In this document: positions 49,357-63,590 of the stretch, one piece after another
Position numbering within the stretch: the stretch's first letter is position 1
Layout: each line of letters starts with the position of its first letter
From: Podarcis liolepis
Taxonomy: Eukaryota
Reading direction: 5' to 3' (one strand)
NCBI GenBank assembly: GCA_965112155.1
Contig: OZ218100.1
Length of the DNA: 64,000 nt
Notes under the pieces: generated by a model
What the model was told of the DNA's origin: nothing
Databases searched by the model: none
What the model saw: only the letters and a program-made list of their open reading frames with translations
Program-made: the position numbers and the translations under genes

Positions 49357-52300
49357 AGTGGGGGAAACTTAACTACAGGGTTATAATCCACTTGCTTCTG
49401 TCCACCAATATTGGCCCTTGGTTTGCCAGTTTAAGGCAGTACTACTGGGACATTAATGTCACATGGGAATGTTTTTTGAAAGATCACAATGCCTCCTCAT
49501 TATCTTTGAATGCCTGACGATCACACATTCACCTGTATTTACATAGGACTGTGATGAATCATCATGATGCAGCTCAGGCCAAGGTGGAGTTTTACTTTAG
49601 CAGGGCATTCAACACTGGGTGACTACCGACAACCATCTACCAAATGGGAAACACATCATTGGCTGCCCATTTGATAGCCACTTGGTCCACTAGTCATCAG
49701 TTTTGTCCCATGACATAGGAAGAAGAAATCTGCCACTCTCTTGCTTTCCCAGATTTCTGATCAGGTGCAGAAATACCTTTTTTTTATCATCTCCCTGAAG
49801 ATCTACCTGTTATATTGGATATCACTCTGCATTTTATTTGACACTTTCCAGAGTTGTATAGTCTGTCTCAAATTAAAATCAAACCATGTGGGCCAATTGT
49901 TTCAAGGACTTGTTCAATCTCTCGTTTAAGCCCTCAGCAGCCGAGGCTGGTCTCAGGAGCTTCTAAACTTAATAAGCATGTGTAACACACAGTGTGACAT
50001 GTCTTCTTGCTTAATTGACTATCCATGGTTATTGGCTTTATCACAGAAACATAATGTTGATTTATCTGATACAGTGTATATCACCATGAGACGTGCATGA
50101 GGCCATAAAAGTCTCTCCTCCCTTTGATGTATTCTAAGGGCACAGGCGATATATTTCAGCATGCAGTGCAACAGACCAGCTCAATTCCTATACATGAACT
50201 TCTTGCTCTCTTTTGAAATTGATATTATTCATTTTTTTAAAAAAACTTTATTACTCTGTTATAAAATGTGATTACAGTTCTGGAACAAAGTCATGTATTG
50301 TAAATATTGCAAGTTTTTGTGGGGTTTTTTTGCAGGGAGACAGGGTTAAGAATTATGGACTCTCATATAATATGAAGATAAGTCAGTGTGTTACTAATTT
50401 ATTAGAGCTGACAAGGTTGTTAATTGTTCTCTTTGGTTCATAAACTTCAAGGTCTGCCTGTGATAGCTGTCGGGTATTGTCTGGTCATGTTTTCCAAATA
50501 TGTACTATTTGTGTCAACTAGGAAGGGAAAAGAAAAGTGTGCCTGGGAATGTAACCATTTTTTCTTGAATCACAGACAAACTAGGCTTGTTGGATTATTC
50601 CAGAGATAGGCAACAAGGCCCCACACATGTTCTGGACTCTAACACACATCAATCTCAGCAAATATGGCCAATGATGATGGGCTTTCGTGTGGCTGAAATG
50701 TAGCTTAATATACAAAGGTAAGAGTCACATCCATTGTTCTACTGATTTTCCCTCTGGTCCTGCCCACCACTGGAATGTGGCCCTTGGAAGATGGTCCACA
50801 TGGCCCTCATGCTTCCTTTCATTGAGATACAGCATCCAGCTTCAGAGGCTGGGGTCACTTTCTGGGAGCCATAGATAGCCATTGCTATGAAGCACTCTGA
50901 AAGCCACACATTCTGTGATGTTTAGTGCTGAAAGGCTCGTGACAGAATGTACCACAATCACAGAACAAAGGAAGCAAAAGCCCCATACAGGTGTATGGAA
51001 TTAGAACCATGTAAGAGAAGAGCAAGGACATGCTTGCTGGTTCTTCCCCCTCCATCACATTGCTGTCACCCTCTACTATGTACTGCAGGATAAGTTGTCT
51101 TCTGTATTCATGTGGCTTAGAACCCTGCATGGTCAGTGTGCCCTTCCTCTCCCTTATCACATCAAAGTCTGTGTAGAGCAGTTATCATTCGATTACTCAT
51201 GTCAATGTGCTGTAAAATTACTTTGCAATCTCAAGCATAATGGTGTGGCCCTCCAGGTGTGGCCCTCCAGAATCCCAGTAATTTATGACATGGCTTTTGT
51301 TCTCATTTCCTAAGGATGCCATCTATTGTCTTTCACCGTGGTTAATCTGCACTGTCTTCACCTTGAAGATGGATGATTGTGGAATGGTTGTCTGTGGGTG
51401 GGTAGTTGCTAATCCATGGCAGCAGAGATTTTCAATCCATCCCATTACGTATGTGACTGATTAGGAAGGAAAGGGTAGTATGTGATAGAGGGTGTGGTAG
51501 GAAAAGATAAAAAGTTAGAATTTTCCTTGCATCTCCTACCCATAAAATGGTTTACATACAGCTCCTACAGAGGTTCTATGGAGCCTACGGTTTGAAATAT
51601 TTCCTTTACAGATCCAGAAGGAGTTTACATACAGATAATGCAACATCTGCTATTTCCTCAAGAAAACTTAATTAAAATCAGGACAAGGTTGGTTTTGTCA
51701 TTCCGCCCCCCCCCCCAAGAGCAACCTGAAAGAAAAGGAAACTGAGAAAGAAGACTTGGATTTTTTCCCATAGTTTAGGATCAATATATAGGATTTACTC
51801 CCTTTCTGTTTATTGGTTTCAATTAATTAGCTATTGTCTGTGGGATGTTAAGCAGATCAATGGATCTACTTCTCTTCCAATGGGTGGAACTTCCATTGAT
51901 CTTAGTTAAGAGGACTATTGAATGCTGTGTATTTTTACCACAGAGGGCTATGCAAAGAACCCTGGTTGCTACCTCTTTCCTTGCTGTTGAATAAAAGTTG
52001 GGAAACATTACATAATTGTGTAATGGGATTAATAGAGAAGAACTGCGAAGAAGGCATGAACATTGCTTTATTGAACTGAAAAACACTGTTAAGCCAGTTA
52101 ATGTATGCTGGGACAGGAACTCTTAAATGATGGTCTGAAGAAAGCCAAGCTCTCTGGTGCACTATGACAGCATAGAATTCCCTCACTTCTTCCAAATTTT
52201 TACATGTTGCTAAATAACAAATGTATATTTCAATTTATGCCAAACTGAAAAGTTTATTTACAGTGCAATCCCATGGATGTCTACTAACTGAATTCAATGG

Positions 52301-52762
52301 GACCTGCTCCCAGATAAGTGTGTAAAGGATTGCAGCCTTTGCAGTGTTACGCAGATGTACTGGATTTCCTGAGAAAAACCCAGGATGTATGCAAGTTTTC
52401 TTCCATGTGCGCACATATAGCTTTCTTGGATTACAGCCATAGAGACAACTATAGCTGAGCTTTAATTTAGAGGCCTTTCAAGCATCCATCATTTAAAAGA
52501 CATGAAGTGATGCAACAGTAGTTTAACATACAGCCATTTAAATCAGTGTTTCACAAGTGTAATGGGTTCTTTAAAAGTCGTTAAAAAGTGAGCAGCTTTG
52601 CAGGACCAATTATCTGGGCTTTTACACAAAATGAACTGGATAATGCATAACTCACTCTGGAATAACAGCTCTCTCTTGGTTCTGGCTCAACACAACTAGA
52701 ACGTCCACTTTGGAAAGGTGGCCAAATGTACCTTTTTCTTTACGTTAAACCACCCTGGTTAG

Positions 52763-53105
52763 CAGGACTGGCCCAATACATTTTGCTGCCTGAGGCGAAG
52801 GGCAAGATGGTAGCTCTCCCTATTCCATGACAAAACCCAACCAAACTAGCAGTTGAATCATAGAACTGTAGAGTTGTAAGAGGCCCCAAAGATCATCTAG
52901 TGCAACCCACTACAATGCAATGAATTCTTTTTTTAGAAATGGTGATGGGACAGCACCCTCCATTGTACCAGAGTTGAGAAAAGCCGGCAAATTTGGAGGG
53001 TTTAAGGCAGGTCATGTGACACTCACAGCTCTCTCCATGTTGCACCCCTCAGCATCTGACACTCGATGCAAACATCTCACTTTGCCTAATGGGAGGGCTG
53101 GCCTG
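52763..53105. mobile_element. hAT (Tip100-like) element with a nested reverse CR1 tail (about 52857-52920)
   Basis: CAGGACTGGCCC...GGGCTGGCCTG termini; inserted AATCATAGAACTGTAGAGTTG...ATCTAGTGCAACCC. Confidence 0.55.
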
Positions 53106-55276
53106 GCCGATTACTTTGTACTACTTAAAAGGGCATGAAAAGGATATCCTATCTATATTAAGTAATCTTGGGTTATTGTACTTGAGCAATAACCAATACA
53201 ACTGTAACAGTTACTGATCTCTCCTGAGAAAGACCCTAAAGCTCATTTTGGGTAAGGCATACTTCTGGGAGGGAAGCCTTAGAAGGAAAGATCATCTGCT
53301 GCAGCAGCTGGAAGTTAGGGGTGAGAACGTAGCACCAGCATCTTTCCACACACAGCAATTGACAGCCCCAGTTTTCCAGGCTTCTGAGAAAAGATGCTTT
53401 TATCATTATCTCCCAAAATATATAATAACATAGTGAGTCACTCCAAGAAAAAAAGGAGAAGATATCAGACAATGGCAATTAACTGCAGCAACAGGAAAAC
53501 TGCATCCGAGGAAGTGAGAATTGTTTGAAGGCAACTATTGTCTGATGGCAGCAGATGTTACCTAAAAATGCAACAAACTTCGGATCGCAATTTTGCTATT
53601 TCTCTAAATGTGAGCAATGAACTGGGTCTGTATCAGAACTTCTGCTGCTGTGACATAGAAATTCTAAATGTGTCAGTTAACTAAACTGATTTGTGTCCTT
53701 GATCTACTTTTGCTGGGTGGATTAAACTTTGTTTTTCTTGCAAAAGCTGCAGCTTATATTACCCCTGTTAGGAGTGTAGATGTGCTCTTTCCCCCACAAG
53801 GTTTGATCTATCCTCCACGTCCAATACTGTCCCCAAATATATCAACCTTGTTCCATTGGCTCTCAGGCACCACCTGCTGGCCGTTTGTGCTGCAGCCTGA
53901 TTGTCAAGTCTTTGGGACATATCCAGATGTTGTCTTCATCTATAAAGGGGACAGAGAGAGAGAGAGAAAGAGTGAGAGAGAGAGAGAGTTAAGTTGCTCG
54001 ACCACTCTCTGTAGTTTCTTTGGCAAATACCTGATAACAAAAACCATGAAAACTTTATAAAAATGGATAGCAATCCTTTTTCTATAAGATTTCTAGAGTT
54101 CAGCAAATTAAGACAGATTTGTAGTTTGTCCTGCATATAGGATGCAGATCTGGTAAAAATAATTATTAGTATTATTAGTGTTAGTTTTCTTTGTTGAGAA
54201 GACACCCACAGTTTGGGGATCTTTCCATTAAGGGTTTTCTTATTAGAGGATGAGGCATTTGACTTTTGATCTTTTACCTCATTCAAATATTTACTTAGCA
54301 GCAGCAGCAGCAGCACTCCACCATTTCCATGGGGCTTTTGACAGAATCCCTATAGCTTTTCCAACCCTACTATAGCCCGGTCTGTAACTAAACGTAAGCA
54401 TGTGTCACTGAACAACTGCAAATTGCTCCCCTTCCAACAGCCTCAACATACCCAATTTGAGATGGTAATTTCCTTGGGGCAGGGTACAGCGATCTTAAAC
54501 TATGCAAGGTATTATGCACACTGCACAATGTACATAATAGGTAAGAAATTTTTCACTGTTGCTATAGTTGCGCTTCTAATTAGCATTTTGTTTCTTTTTC
54601 CAGGGGAGGGGGGAAGCCAAAAGCAGTATACTCCGCTGTAAGAGTGCACACAAATTATTTCTAAGCTCTAGGGGTTTCCATTAGAATCGTCTCAGTTGCA
54701 TGTCTTGTCCTCAGCACTGACAGTTTCAGAGGGTGAGCAGGGTCTGGCCAAAGAAGAAGAAGAAAGAAATCCATGCCAGCTTCTGAGGCGTTTACAATCT
54801 TGGCAGGACTCTCGTCTGTTTGTCTAAAGCATATTTGAAGTCAATGGAGCAGCACAAAATGGATTTAGGCAAGGCCCATTACTCATAACATCTCATAACC
54901 AATGCTGAATATTACCATTATACTCTGACTGTAATGTGAATGGGTGTCATAGCATTTTCCATTAAGGCTAATATAAACAGGCTACTTTGCAAGCAAAGTG
55001 AAACTATCCTTCCTGGCAGCCAAGGGGAAAACCAGCAAAAACAAAGCAACTTTATATTTGTTTTAGTACATTTATATCCTGCCCTTCCTCCAGATTGTTC
55101 ATGGTTCTCTTCACACCACTTTCCATTCTGTCACAACATTTCTTGAGAGGTAGGGTAGACTGAGAGATGGTGTCTGGCCCAGTCGAGTAGGGATGTGGCT
55201 GCATATGAGCCTGGTATTTACCAATACTCTACTTCAACCCAGACTATATTCTTTAGTTCTCATTACTCCATGAGCA

Positions 55277-55322
<46 letters not shown>

Positions 55323-55458
55323 TATTATTTATACCCCGTCCATCTGGCTGGGTTTCCCTAGCCACTCTGGGCAGCTTCCAACAAAACACTAAAATACAAT
55401 AACCTATTAAACATTAAAAGCTTCTCTAAACAGGGCTTCCTTCAGATGTCTTCTAAAT
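55277..55458 (-). mobile_element. L2 LINE 3' end with simple-repeat tail
   Basis: (AAT)n then TTTATACCCCGTCCATCTGGCTGGGTTTCCCTAGCCACTCTGGGCAGCTT...CTTCAGATGTCTTCTAAA; a short forward copy of the same end lies at about 6404-6450. Confidence 0.8.
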
Positions 55459-55693
55459 TACTGACCCACAGTCACAGACCCCAGAGTAGAAACCGAGGAA
55501 GATGAGGAAAGAAGTTGTTTCAGTGGCATGACTCCCAAATGATTTGAAATTATTTTAGTCAAGCAAACAAACAAGACCCATTATGTTGACTTCAAAGGAT
55601 GGCTTATTTCAAACTTAATTTGGGGGAGGAGGAGAGAGTACCAGGAAAGTTTGCTGTGGGTGTACATGAACCACACTGGTGACTTTTGCAGTA

Positions 55694-55943
55694 TAGTCGT
55701 ACCTCAGAAGTCGAACGGAATCCGTTCCAGAAGTCCATTCGACTTCCAGAACATCCAGAAACCAAAGCTCGGCTTCTGATTGGCTGCAGGAAGCTCCTGC
55801 AGTCAATCAGAAGCCACAGAAGTCATGTCGGATGTTCGGTTTCCAAAGAACATTAGAAAACTGGAACTCTCACTTCCGGTTTTCAATCGTTCGGGAGCCA
55901 AAACGTTTGGCAACTAAGCCGTTTGAATTCCAAGGTGCGACTG
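55694..55943. mobile_element. Tigger-like MITE
   Basis: TA|TAGTCGTACCT...AGGTGCGACTG|TA; internal palindrome GGCTTCTGATTGGCTGCAGGAAGCTCCTGCAGTCAATCAGAAGCC. Confidence 0.8.
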
Positions 55944-57781
55944 TATAAACTAAGGGCCCTTTCACTTCCTACCTGTAAACAGTGCCAAGTGATTTGTCCA
56001 GTGACAATGTTGAACCAAGAAGTAACACACACACACATACAGTAAAAATTGAACCCACTACTGCAGAAGAGAGTGTGACTTCATCTAGAGCAGGCGCTCA
56101 GCCACCCAATTGTGGTCTTCAAACAATGATCCAGGATCTCCACAGCCTCATCTCATTCAGATGGTATGGAGGGACAGAACTCGGTGTCACAACTACTCCC
56201 CCACTTGTTCCTGTTTCAGAGACAAGTGAACTGAGGTCAAAAGATGTTTTGCCTGAAGCTACTTTGTATATTTATGGCTGAGCAAGTCAGGTGTGAGGAA
56301 GAAAAACCTCTCTAGTCACTTGGTTAAAATGTAGATATATCAGCAGGATGGCCGTAACTAAGACATATTTATAGGTTACAGCACTTTAATCTCAGCAAGA
56401 CTTAGCTGAAGGTTGGTAGAATGATGAAATAATTGTGGATCTAAAACTATCATCTTTCATGTATTATTTCTCTTTAAGTGAACTAGGTAGTTTTATATGT
56501 TTCTAATTAAACACTGAAGACTTGGTTTCAGATTCAAAGTTCTGGGCTATGAAAGGATTACTCAGCCCTGGATCTGTGCCGGGTAAAAGCAGCACATTTT
56601 TGATCTTGAAAAATATGGGAAATGTTAGATATTGGACTTTCTAGCAAGTTTTAGGTGTCACGGTGGACTGGCGAATGAAGATGTCTCCTGGGAACATAAT
56701 GACAGTCAAAAAGTAATAAATGCAGGCGAGAGGGAACAATATGGATAATAATATACTGCTATAATATAAATCAATGATAACCGTATGTCCTTGAATGCCA
56801 TTTTCAGAGTTGGCCCATCTCATTTTTAAAACGAGACTGCAAAATATAGACACAGCTCAGAGAAAGAAATGGAGCAAAAATGATTGAAGACATGTGGCTA
56901 CAGGTATTACAAGGAAAGATTAAAATTCTGGTAAAGACCAGAGATTAAAAAGATAATTTAGCTGAAAAGGTATAATGGATACAGTATGATGAGCTAATTC
57001 ATCCATTTCTGTGCTATATGAAATATAGGTTACTCTTACATTTAAAAAGGAAGCATTTAGAAGCAGATCATTCTTTCCCTAAAAATAATAATTGATTGTT
57101 ATTATGAATATTTTTTTTGCAAAGCCTAATTAATTCCATTCATTTTCATTTAATGCATATAATTCAGAAGACAGGGCATTTTAAAAGAAAACAGGTGTGG
57201 TTTTGCTTCATAGAATTCAGAAAACCTTAAACACACTGATATTACAAAGAGAAGGAAGCAATAATTCTTATATTTCAGAATATCATCTGATTATTCAACT
57301 GGAGTAATGAAAATAGTTTTCTCCAAAGACAGGTGTGGAGCGGCAGAGTTGAAATGGCCTACTGTAAAATATATGAGTGTCTTTGTAGACTGGTCTCTCA
57401 ATTACTGTAAAAACTAATCTGCACAGCACACATGCTAGTGAGCATTTTTCTTCAACCACTACTTCTAAGAATTCAGGATTCATCTCCCTAGGCACCAGTA
57501 GTTAAAAAATGTTTTTGCAAGAAGAGCAGTTTTATGAACCTCCCAAGCCCATAGATTTGCTACCCATTTATGAAGACCTAAACCAATTGGGACCGGGGTA
57601 TCCGAGACGGTGTCTTCTTGCATATTAACTTGGCCATTCTTCAGGGGAGCACCTCTTGGTGGTGCCACAGCCTTCAATGGTCCATCTGGTGGCATCCAGG
57701 AATAAGGCATTCTCTGCAGTGGTGGCACTTGCCTTGAGGAACAGTTTCTTCCACCCTGCCTACGAGCAAGATATGACCAGT

Positions 57782-58232
57782 TGTTGTTGTTGTTGTTGTT
57801 TAGTCGTGTCCGACTCTTCGTGACCCCATGGACCAGAGCATGCCAGGCACTCCTGTCTTCCACTGCCTCCCGCAGTTTGGTCAAACTCATGTTTGTAGCT
57901 TCGAGAACACTGTCCAACTATCTCGTCCTCTGTCATCCCCTTCTCCTTGTGCCCTCAATCTTTCCCAACATCAGGGTCTTTTCCAGGGAGTCTTCTCTTC
58001 TCATGTGGTGGCCAAAGTATTGGAGCCTCAGCTTCACGGTCTGTCCTTCCAGTGAGCACTCAGGGCTGATTTCCTTAAGAATGGATAGATTTGATCTTCT
58101 TGCAGTCCATGGGACTCTCAAGAGTCTCCTCCAACACCATAATTCAAAAGCATCAATTCTTCAGCGATCAGCCTTCTTTATGGTCCAGCTCTCACTTCCA
58201 TACATCACTACTGGGAAAACCATAGCTTTAAC
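57782..58232 (-). mobile_element. BovB LINE, 5'-truncated, inserted in an older L2-like fragment
   Basis: Protein VKAMVFPVVMYGSESWTIKKADR...RVPWTARRSNLSILKEISPECSLEG...YFGH.MRREDSLEKTLMLGKIEG...LREAVEDRSAW; (CAA)n tail; 10-bp TSD TATGACCAGT. Confidence 0.97.
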
Positions 58233-58378
58233 TATGACCAGTACCTCCACCAATTCAAGACATAACCCCTTACGAAAGCATTTATTTGACACTAATCCCC
58301 TCTTGTTAGTTTGGTGTATTTTATTATGGTGTACTGCTTTGGTACTTATGTGAAATGAGGTATATAAATATTTTAAAT

Positions 58379-58648
58379 CAGGGATGTCCAACCAGTAGAT
58401 TGTGAACTACTGGTAGTTCCCCAGCTGACACTGGTGGATTGCGGGATCCTTATCGTGTACAAAGTTTATGTGGGGAAAGCTAAAAAACTCTGTGCAATCT
58501 TCCTCCCAAAAAGCTCAACAACTCTGGGCAATCCACCCACCCCACCCACGCTCCTCCTCCCTCCAGTGACAATGGGTAGATCACTGCCAGTTGTTGTTTT
58601 TTTAATACTGGGAGTAGATCACAGTCTCTTGGGAGTTGGACATGCCTG
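58379..58648. mobile_element. hAT (Charlie-like) MITE
   Basis: CAGGGATGTCCAAC / GTTGGACATGCCTG; TSD TTTTAAAT / TTTTGAAT. Confidence 0.8.
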
Positions 58649-58652
58649 TTTT

Positions 58653-58696
58653 GAATGAATGAATGAATGAATGAATGAATGAATGAATGAATGAAT
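58653..58696. repeat. (GAAT)n microsatellite
   Basis: Seen directly in sequence; begins within the right TSD of the adjacent MITE. Confidence 0.95.
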
Positions 58697-61362
58697 AAAA
58701 AGATCTACACACAGCTTTAACAGAGCATCATCGGGTTCACGGTGGTGTGGCTACAATAGCATTGCTCGTAAGGAAAGATGGGCAAATTCCTGCAAGCGGC
58801 TGGTCAGTTTCGTATTCATTTGTACAGTTTCATCATTATTAGACTCTAATACAGCACTACAAGGCATACGAAATAAGGTTGAAGAATCAAAGCAGGTACT
58901 GTACTCTGGTGCTGAAACTTTGTGGGGGGTTTTAAGGGTTGTTTCTGTGGGTGAGTCATCTCCAATTTTGCCTCTTTCTTTAAACCTGTTGTGTTCCTTG
59001 TCAACTCACTTTCTACGGAGTTGTATCTGGCAGTTTTGGCTGTTACTACCATCTTAGCACTAACATAGATTGCATCACTGATTTAACACACTGTATCTGG
59101 TGCGAACTGGTGCCAAAACCCCTAGTTGTTATATGAGACTGGCACAGTATTCCCGTGTTTATCTAATGTGATTTTTCACAGCCAGCCTGTCGGGTAGGAA
59201 AATTAATATTTTAACAGGCAAATTAGTCTCAGAGAATTTCTAATGATACCCAGTGTATCCTCAGCAGCAACTAAATTTGCCTACCAAATGATGGAAATGT
59301 ATATATGATGTAGTTGTACTGCATCCTGTACATTTCTGAATACTGACATGCATTCCTGACCCTCTGCTTCCAGGTCTGTTTAGCATATCTGTCTTTGCTT
59401 CTGTCCTGGGCATGCTGCCCTCCCAATTAATAAAAATAAATGCAAATCAATACAAATCTGAGGTTCTGCACTGTCCCCCCCACAAAAGCCTGCCCCCTAA
59501 CAAAAATACTGGCTATGTCCATGGTCCTGGTTATGAGAAGTGTTGGTTGCTAGACATACAATTAGATATGAAATGTCAATACACTGCTGGTGACAGAAAA
59601 CCTTTTCTATCCTCATATGGCAGAAGAAACCTGTGTAATTTATAAGATAAAGAAGATAATTGGTTGTCTCTTCAAAATAAGAAGTTGAGGGTTCCAGTCT
59701 GTTTCTACTCAGCTGTCTAGTTTATTATTCTAAGCTAGAGATAGTGATGATATGTCTAGTTTCTGAGTTAGATATTCAAATACAAGACTAGAATTGTGGC
59801 CCCAAAATTCCTATCTGACATAGATTTCAGGACTTGGGAAATCGTATGTCAACCATTACTGGTGAAGATATGAAGAGACCCTCCGCTCTTCCTCCTGCTA
59901 CCATTTGTTACAGCAGGGGGGAAAGTAAGGAGTGGGGTGATGGGGAGGGAAGCAGGTGGGGGTGGAGAGGAAAGAGGGATTTTTAGACTGATGATGGAGG
60001 TGGGGGTGGGGATTGAAGACACAGAGAGACTGAAGACACAGTTGTCTTCCCAGTGTTTTTTTTTTTTTGGGGGGGGCGTTTAACAAAATCAGAATTTGGC
60101 TTGGAATTGTAGTCCCAATAAACCAAGCTATTTATCTGAGCTTTTTGAGAAAGGGTTGCATTTCCATGAGCCTTGTTTTGACCCTGTGTTCAGTTTGGCA
60201 AAGGAATCCATGCTGGAGGGACACTGTTAATGATTATCCTGCTTGCACAGACATTCTTTACTGCCAGCCCCAGTGACTGTAATCTGAAGTTGTTTGACCT
60301 AGGATGAGCAGTGACTCCTGACCCCCTATGGTGTTCAGCTGATGGCCAATTTTCCCTTGCACGTTATTTTATTCTGCAAAGTCAACACGGTTTAGACGTA
60401 CAGAGAACAGCAGGAACTGACCACGAATGAAGACTAAACACAAAAATGAAATGAACCTCAGCAGTGTTAAGCGTTACACAGAAATGTATGATGACAGATC
60501 AATAATGAGCAAGACATCTACGAAATATTTTGCATGAGTCGGGAGGGGGATTGATTTCAAGAAGTTTATTCCAACACTTTCTGCAATTGTGCTTGCATCC
60601 TAAGACTGAGACATGGTAAAAGTCAGCATATTGACAAAACAGAATAGTAGCACCCTGCTGGTGCAGCTAAACAGATAATAAATGGCACCATAAAACATAT
60701 ACAGATGGCTAAATATGACTCAGCAACAAGGTGGGGATCCGCTGTCAATTCAAGCAAGCAGTGATTATCTCATACTAATGCAGGCTGTAAATACCATCTT
60801 TAGACAAAGAGTATCATTGCCAAAATAGCATGCCAGACTCTCAATTGGAAACCCATCACAGTTAAAGCAAAAGCAAAAACAAACATGAGAGGTTTGATAG
60901 ATGTGAAACACACATTGCCAAATAATTGGATCTACTGTTCTTATGCCTGGGAGTCAGATATATCGATGCCAATCCAGCAGTGGATAAAAGTTGCTAAAGC
61001 CATCAGAGAAGGTATTTAAAAGGCCATGCCAAGGGTGAGTTCTTATGATCCCCATCAGTTCCTACATTATCTCTCCCTGCTTAGAAGGACCACAGCTCAT
61101 TCAGGTGGGACTATATGTTTCCACATGGCTTGGAGCCACCAGGGAAGGACTTTTACATGTTGGAAAAAATTGTATGCCAGTGCACCACTCCCAATTTCAT
61201 TGTGTGAAATTACAGCACAAAACTCCTTTGATTTCCTGAGCTAATTGGGGTTGCAAACAGATTTCTTCCTGGAAGCAATTAACATGGACATGAGGGTACA
61301 CCTTCCACTAGATTCCACTATATTTCCAAAAGTAGTTTTTTACCCTGTATGGAAGATCACAT

Positions 61363-61448
61363 AATATATTTTTTGTCCCTGATGTGGTGGTGTCCCCGGA
61401 GAATGCTGCAGTTGGGGATACCACCACATCAGGGACAAAAAATATATT
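61363..61448. repeat. Inverted repeat: 35-bp arms, 16-nt spacer
   Basis: 61363-61397 pairs with 61414-61448 with a single G-T mismatch. Confidence 0.95.
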
Positions 61449-63590
61449 GTCTTTGTATTTCAGTTACTCAAGTTTTGATGTATCATGAACAACTTTTTTT
61501 ATTGATTTATATCACTTAGTATGTTTTGAAAATAGTCTTGAGAGCAGCATTCTTCACTAAAACTCATTAATAATTCCTGGAATGTTTTCCCAACTTTAAG
61601 CTCCTAACTCACATCACATTTCACTTTGGGGGAAATTTGGAAGCAGTTCTAATACCTTCCTGCTTCGGAGAGCCATTTAGAGCTTCATGACAACTCTGCA
61701 ATGTCCATTAGGTTAAGAGAATGTGACTTGCTCAAGTGTGTCTGTGTCTGGATTCGAACTCAGGTTTCCCACATCCAGACCAGCTCTTCTGAGCACACTG
61801 GGCTCAATAAAAGAGGCAGCATCATTATTGCTGACATATCAGTGATGAACTCAGCACAATAAAGATCTGATTATCATCTCTGCTGTGATAGTTTACGGTT
61901 AGGAAAATCTTTTTCTCTTCCCTCCTCCCTTTTAAGGGAGTTTAATTAAATTGCTTGCTAGATATGGTTGATTTTTAACCATGGGAGTATTTCTGTGCTG
62001 CTTCTAGAAAATAAAATTTTGGTTTCTGATGCCAAGGAGCTAAACAAATAACAATGCAAGTGCTGGACAAATGGGGTAGGATCCTGGATGCTTTCTAGAC
62101 AACTAACACCACTATAGCTGAAAGAAAACGCCATTTGGGAATCTCTTGGTTCTCTAGAGCAATGATACAACAAAAAAATGCGGCTTTTATTCTAATGGCA
62201 AATTGGAAACTGGAGGGAGATTTTTTTGACTGCAGCTCCTTCTGAAGGTGATATTACTGGGTGTGGCACAAAATGTTTTAGCATATGAATTCTACATTTA
62301 TCATCTATTTAAAGAACCATTTAATCTGTTTTTCTCTGGTGATTTTAACAGTTCAGCTGATTAATGCCAGCAGCAGTACAGAAAATTGAAAGCAGGATAG
62401 CTCCAGGTGTAAAATGTGGATGCTTCATTGCCCTGTTTAGTTAAGTAATAAATTGAAAGCTCATTGGTTAGAAATAATCCTCATTTTATCACACATCTAT
62501 AGATTTCTTCTTTCCCCATTTTCGGTGCCAAACTGTTGTTTAATATTTGCAAACAGCAGATTTAATTTTACGTGCTGCTAGACCTTTTGGTATTTATTTA
62601 TTTTTTAGATGATAAAAATGGCAGCATACCTCAAATTTTTTAATAGCACATTAGATTTATTTATGTGCAGTTTCCAGCGGGGCTTATGTGTAACTCTACA
62701 CAATGACAGCATTAATGAACTGTGCAAGGAGAAAAGATAATATTGACATGCTCTTGTTATCAAATAACTGCAAAATTCTAAAACTGGAACCATTTGTTGA
62801 AACGAATATGCAATTAGTGGTGGGGACTATGTGATAATCAACAGTATTTCCCCCTGCTCCTTCTCTGTGCTGAACAGAACTGCAGATCATCCCTAGATCT
62901 GTGCACCAACGAAAGGATAAAACAAATAATGGTTGATATGCACAGTGCTACACTATGATAATCCAATTATTTCCCATAGTGTGGAAATAACATGCAATTT
63001 CCACACCTGTGACTTCAGAAAAGTTGTTATTTGCACAGTCTGGATCTGAATACATAGTAAAAAGAGAGAGAGAATTGCTATGGTGTTGTGGCGCAGATTT
63101 ACATTTTTTTGCTCCCTAAACTCCACAATCACATATTCTCTCTCTCTTCCTACATGTTGCAATATGTGCTGCCGTCTTGCCCAGTAGGAGATCCAAGCTG
63201 ATGATCAACCTCCAGCATTTGTCACAAACATGACACCTGAGATGACGAGTTGCATCTCCACAGTGGTAAGGAAGACAAGGGAGAAGGGACCTGTACTTTT
63301 ATAGCTGTTCCACCTGCCAGTTAGAGAGAGGAAGATCAGATGTTAGGTGAATAAGCCATTAATACTAAAGCGTACTAAAATGTGATACAGTGCTCTTTGC
63401 TGTCACTGGTCCATAAACATTTGCTTCACTTAACCAGTTTTTGTGTGTGTGATGTTTCTTCTTAGGTAAAGCCTCTGATTAAGCCTGATCTTTCAAGAAT
63501 TCAAAGCCCAACTGCTCTATCAGTCCCCAGGTCAGAATTTGAGTTGGACAACTCCCAAGCTGAGGCAAAGTGCCTTGCGGGATTTGGGTG

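Noticed and set aside
57781-58353. 190-aa plus-strand ORF
   Set aside because: Antisense frame of the BovB fragment.
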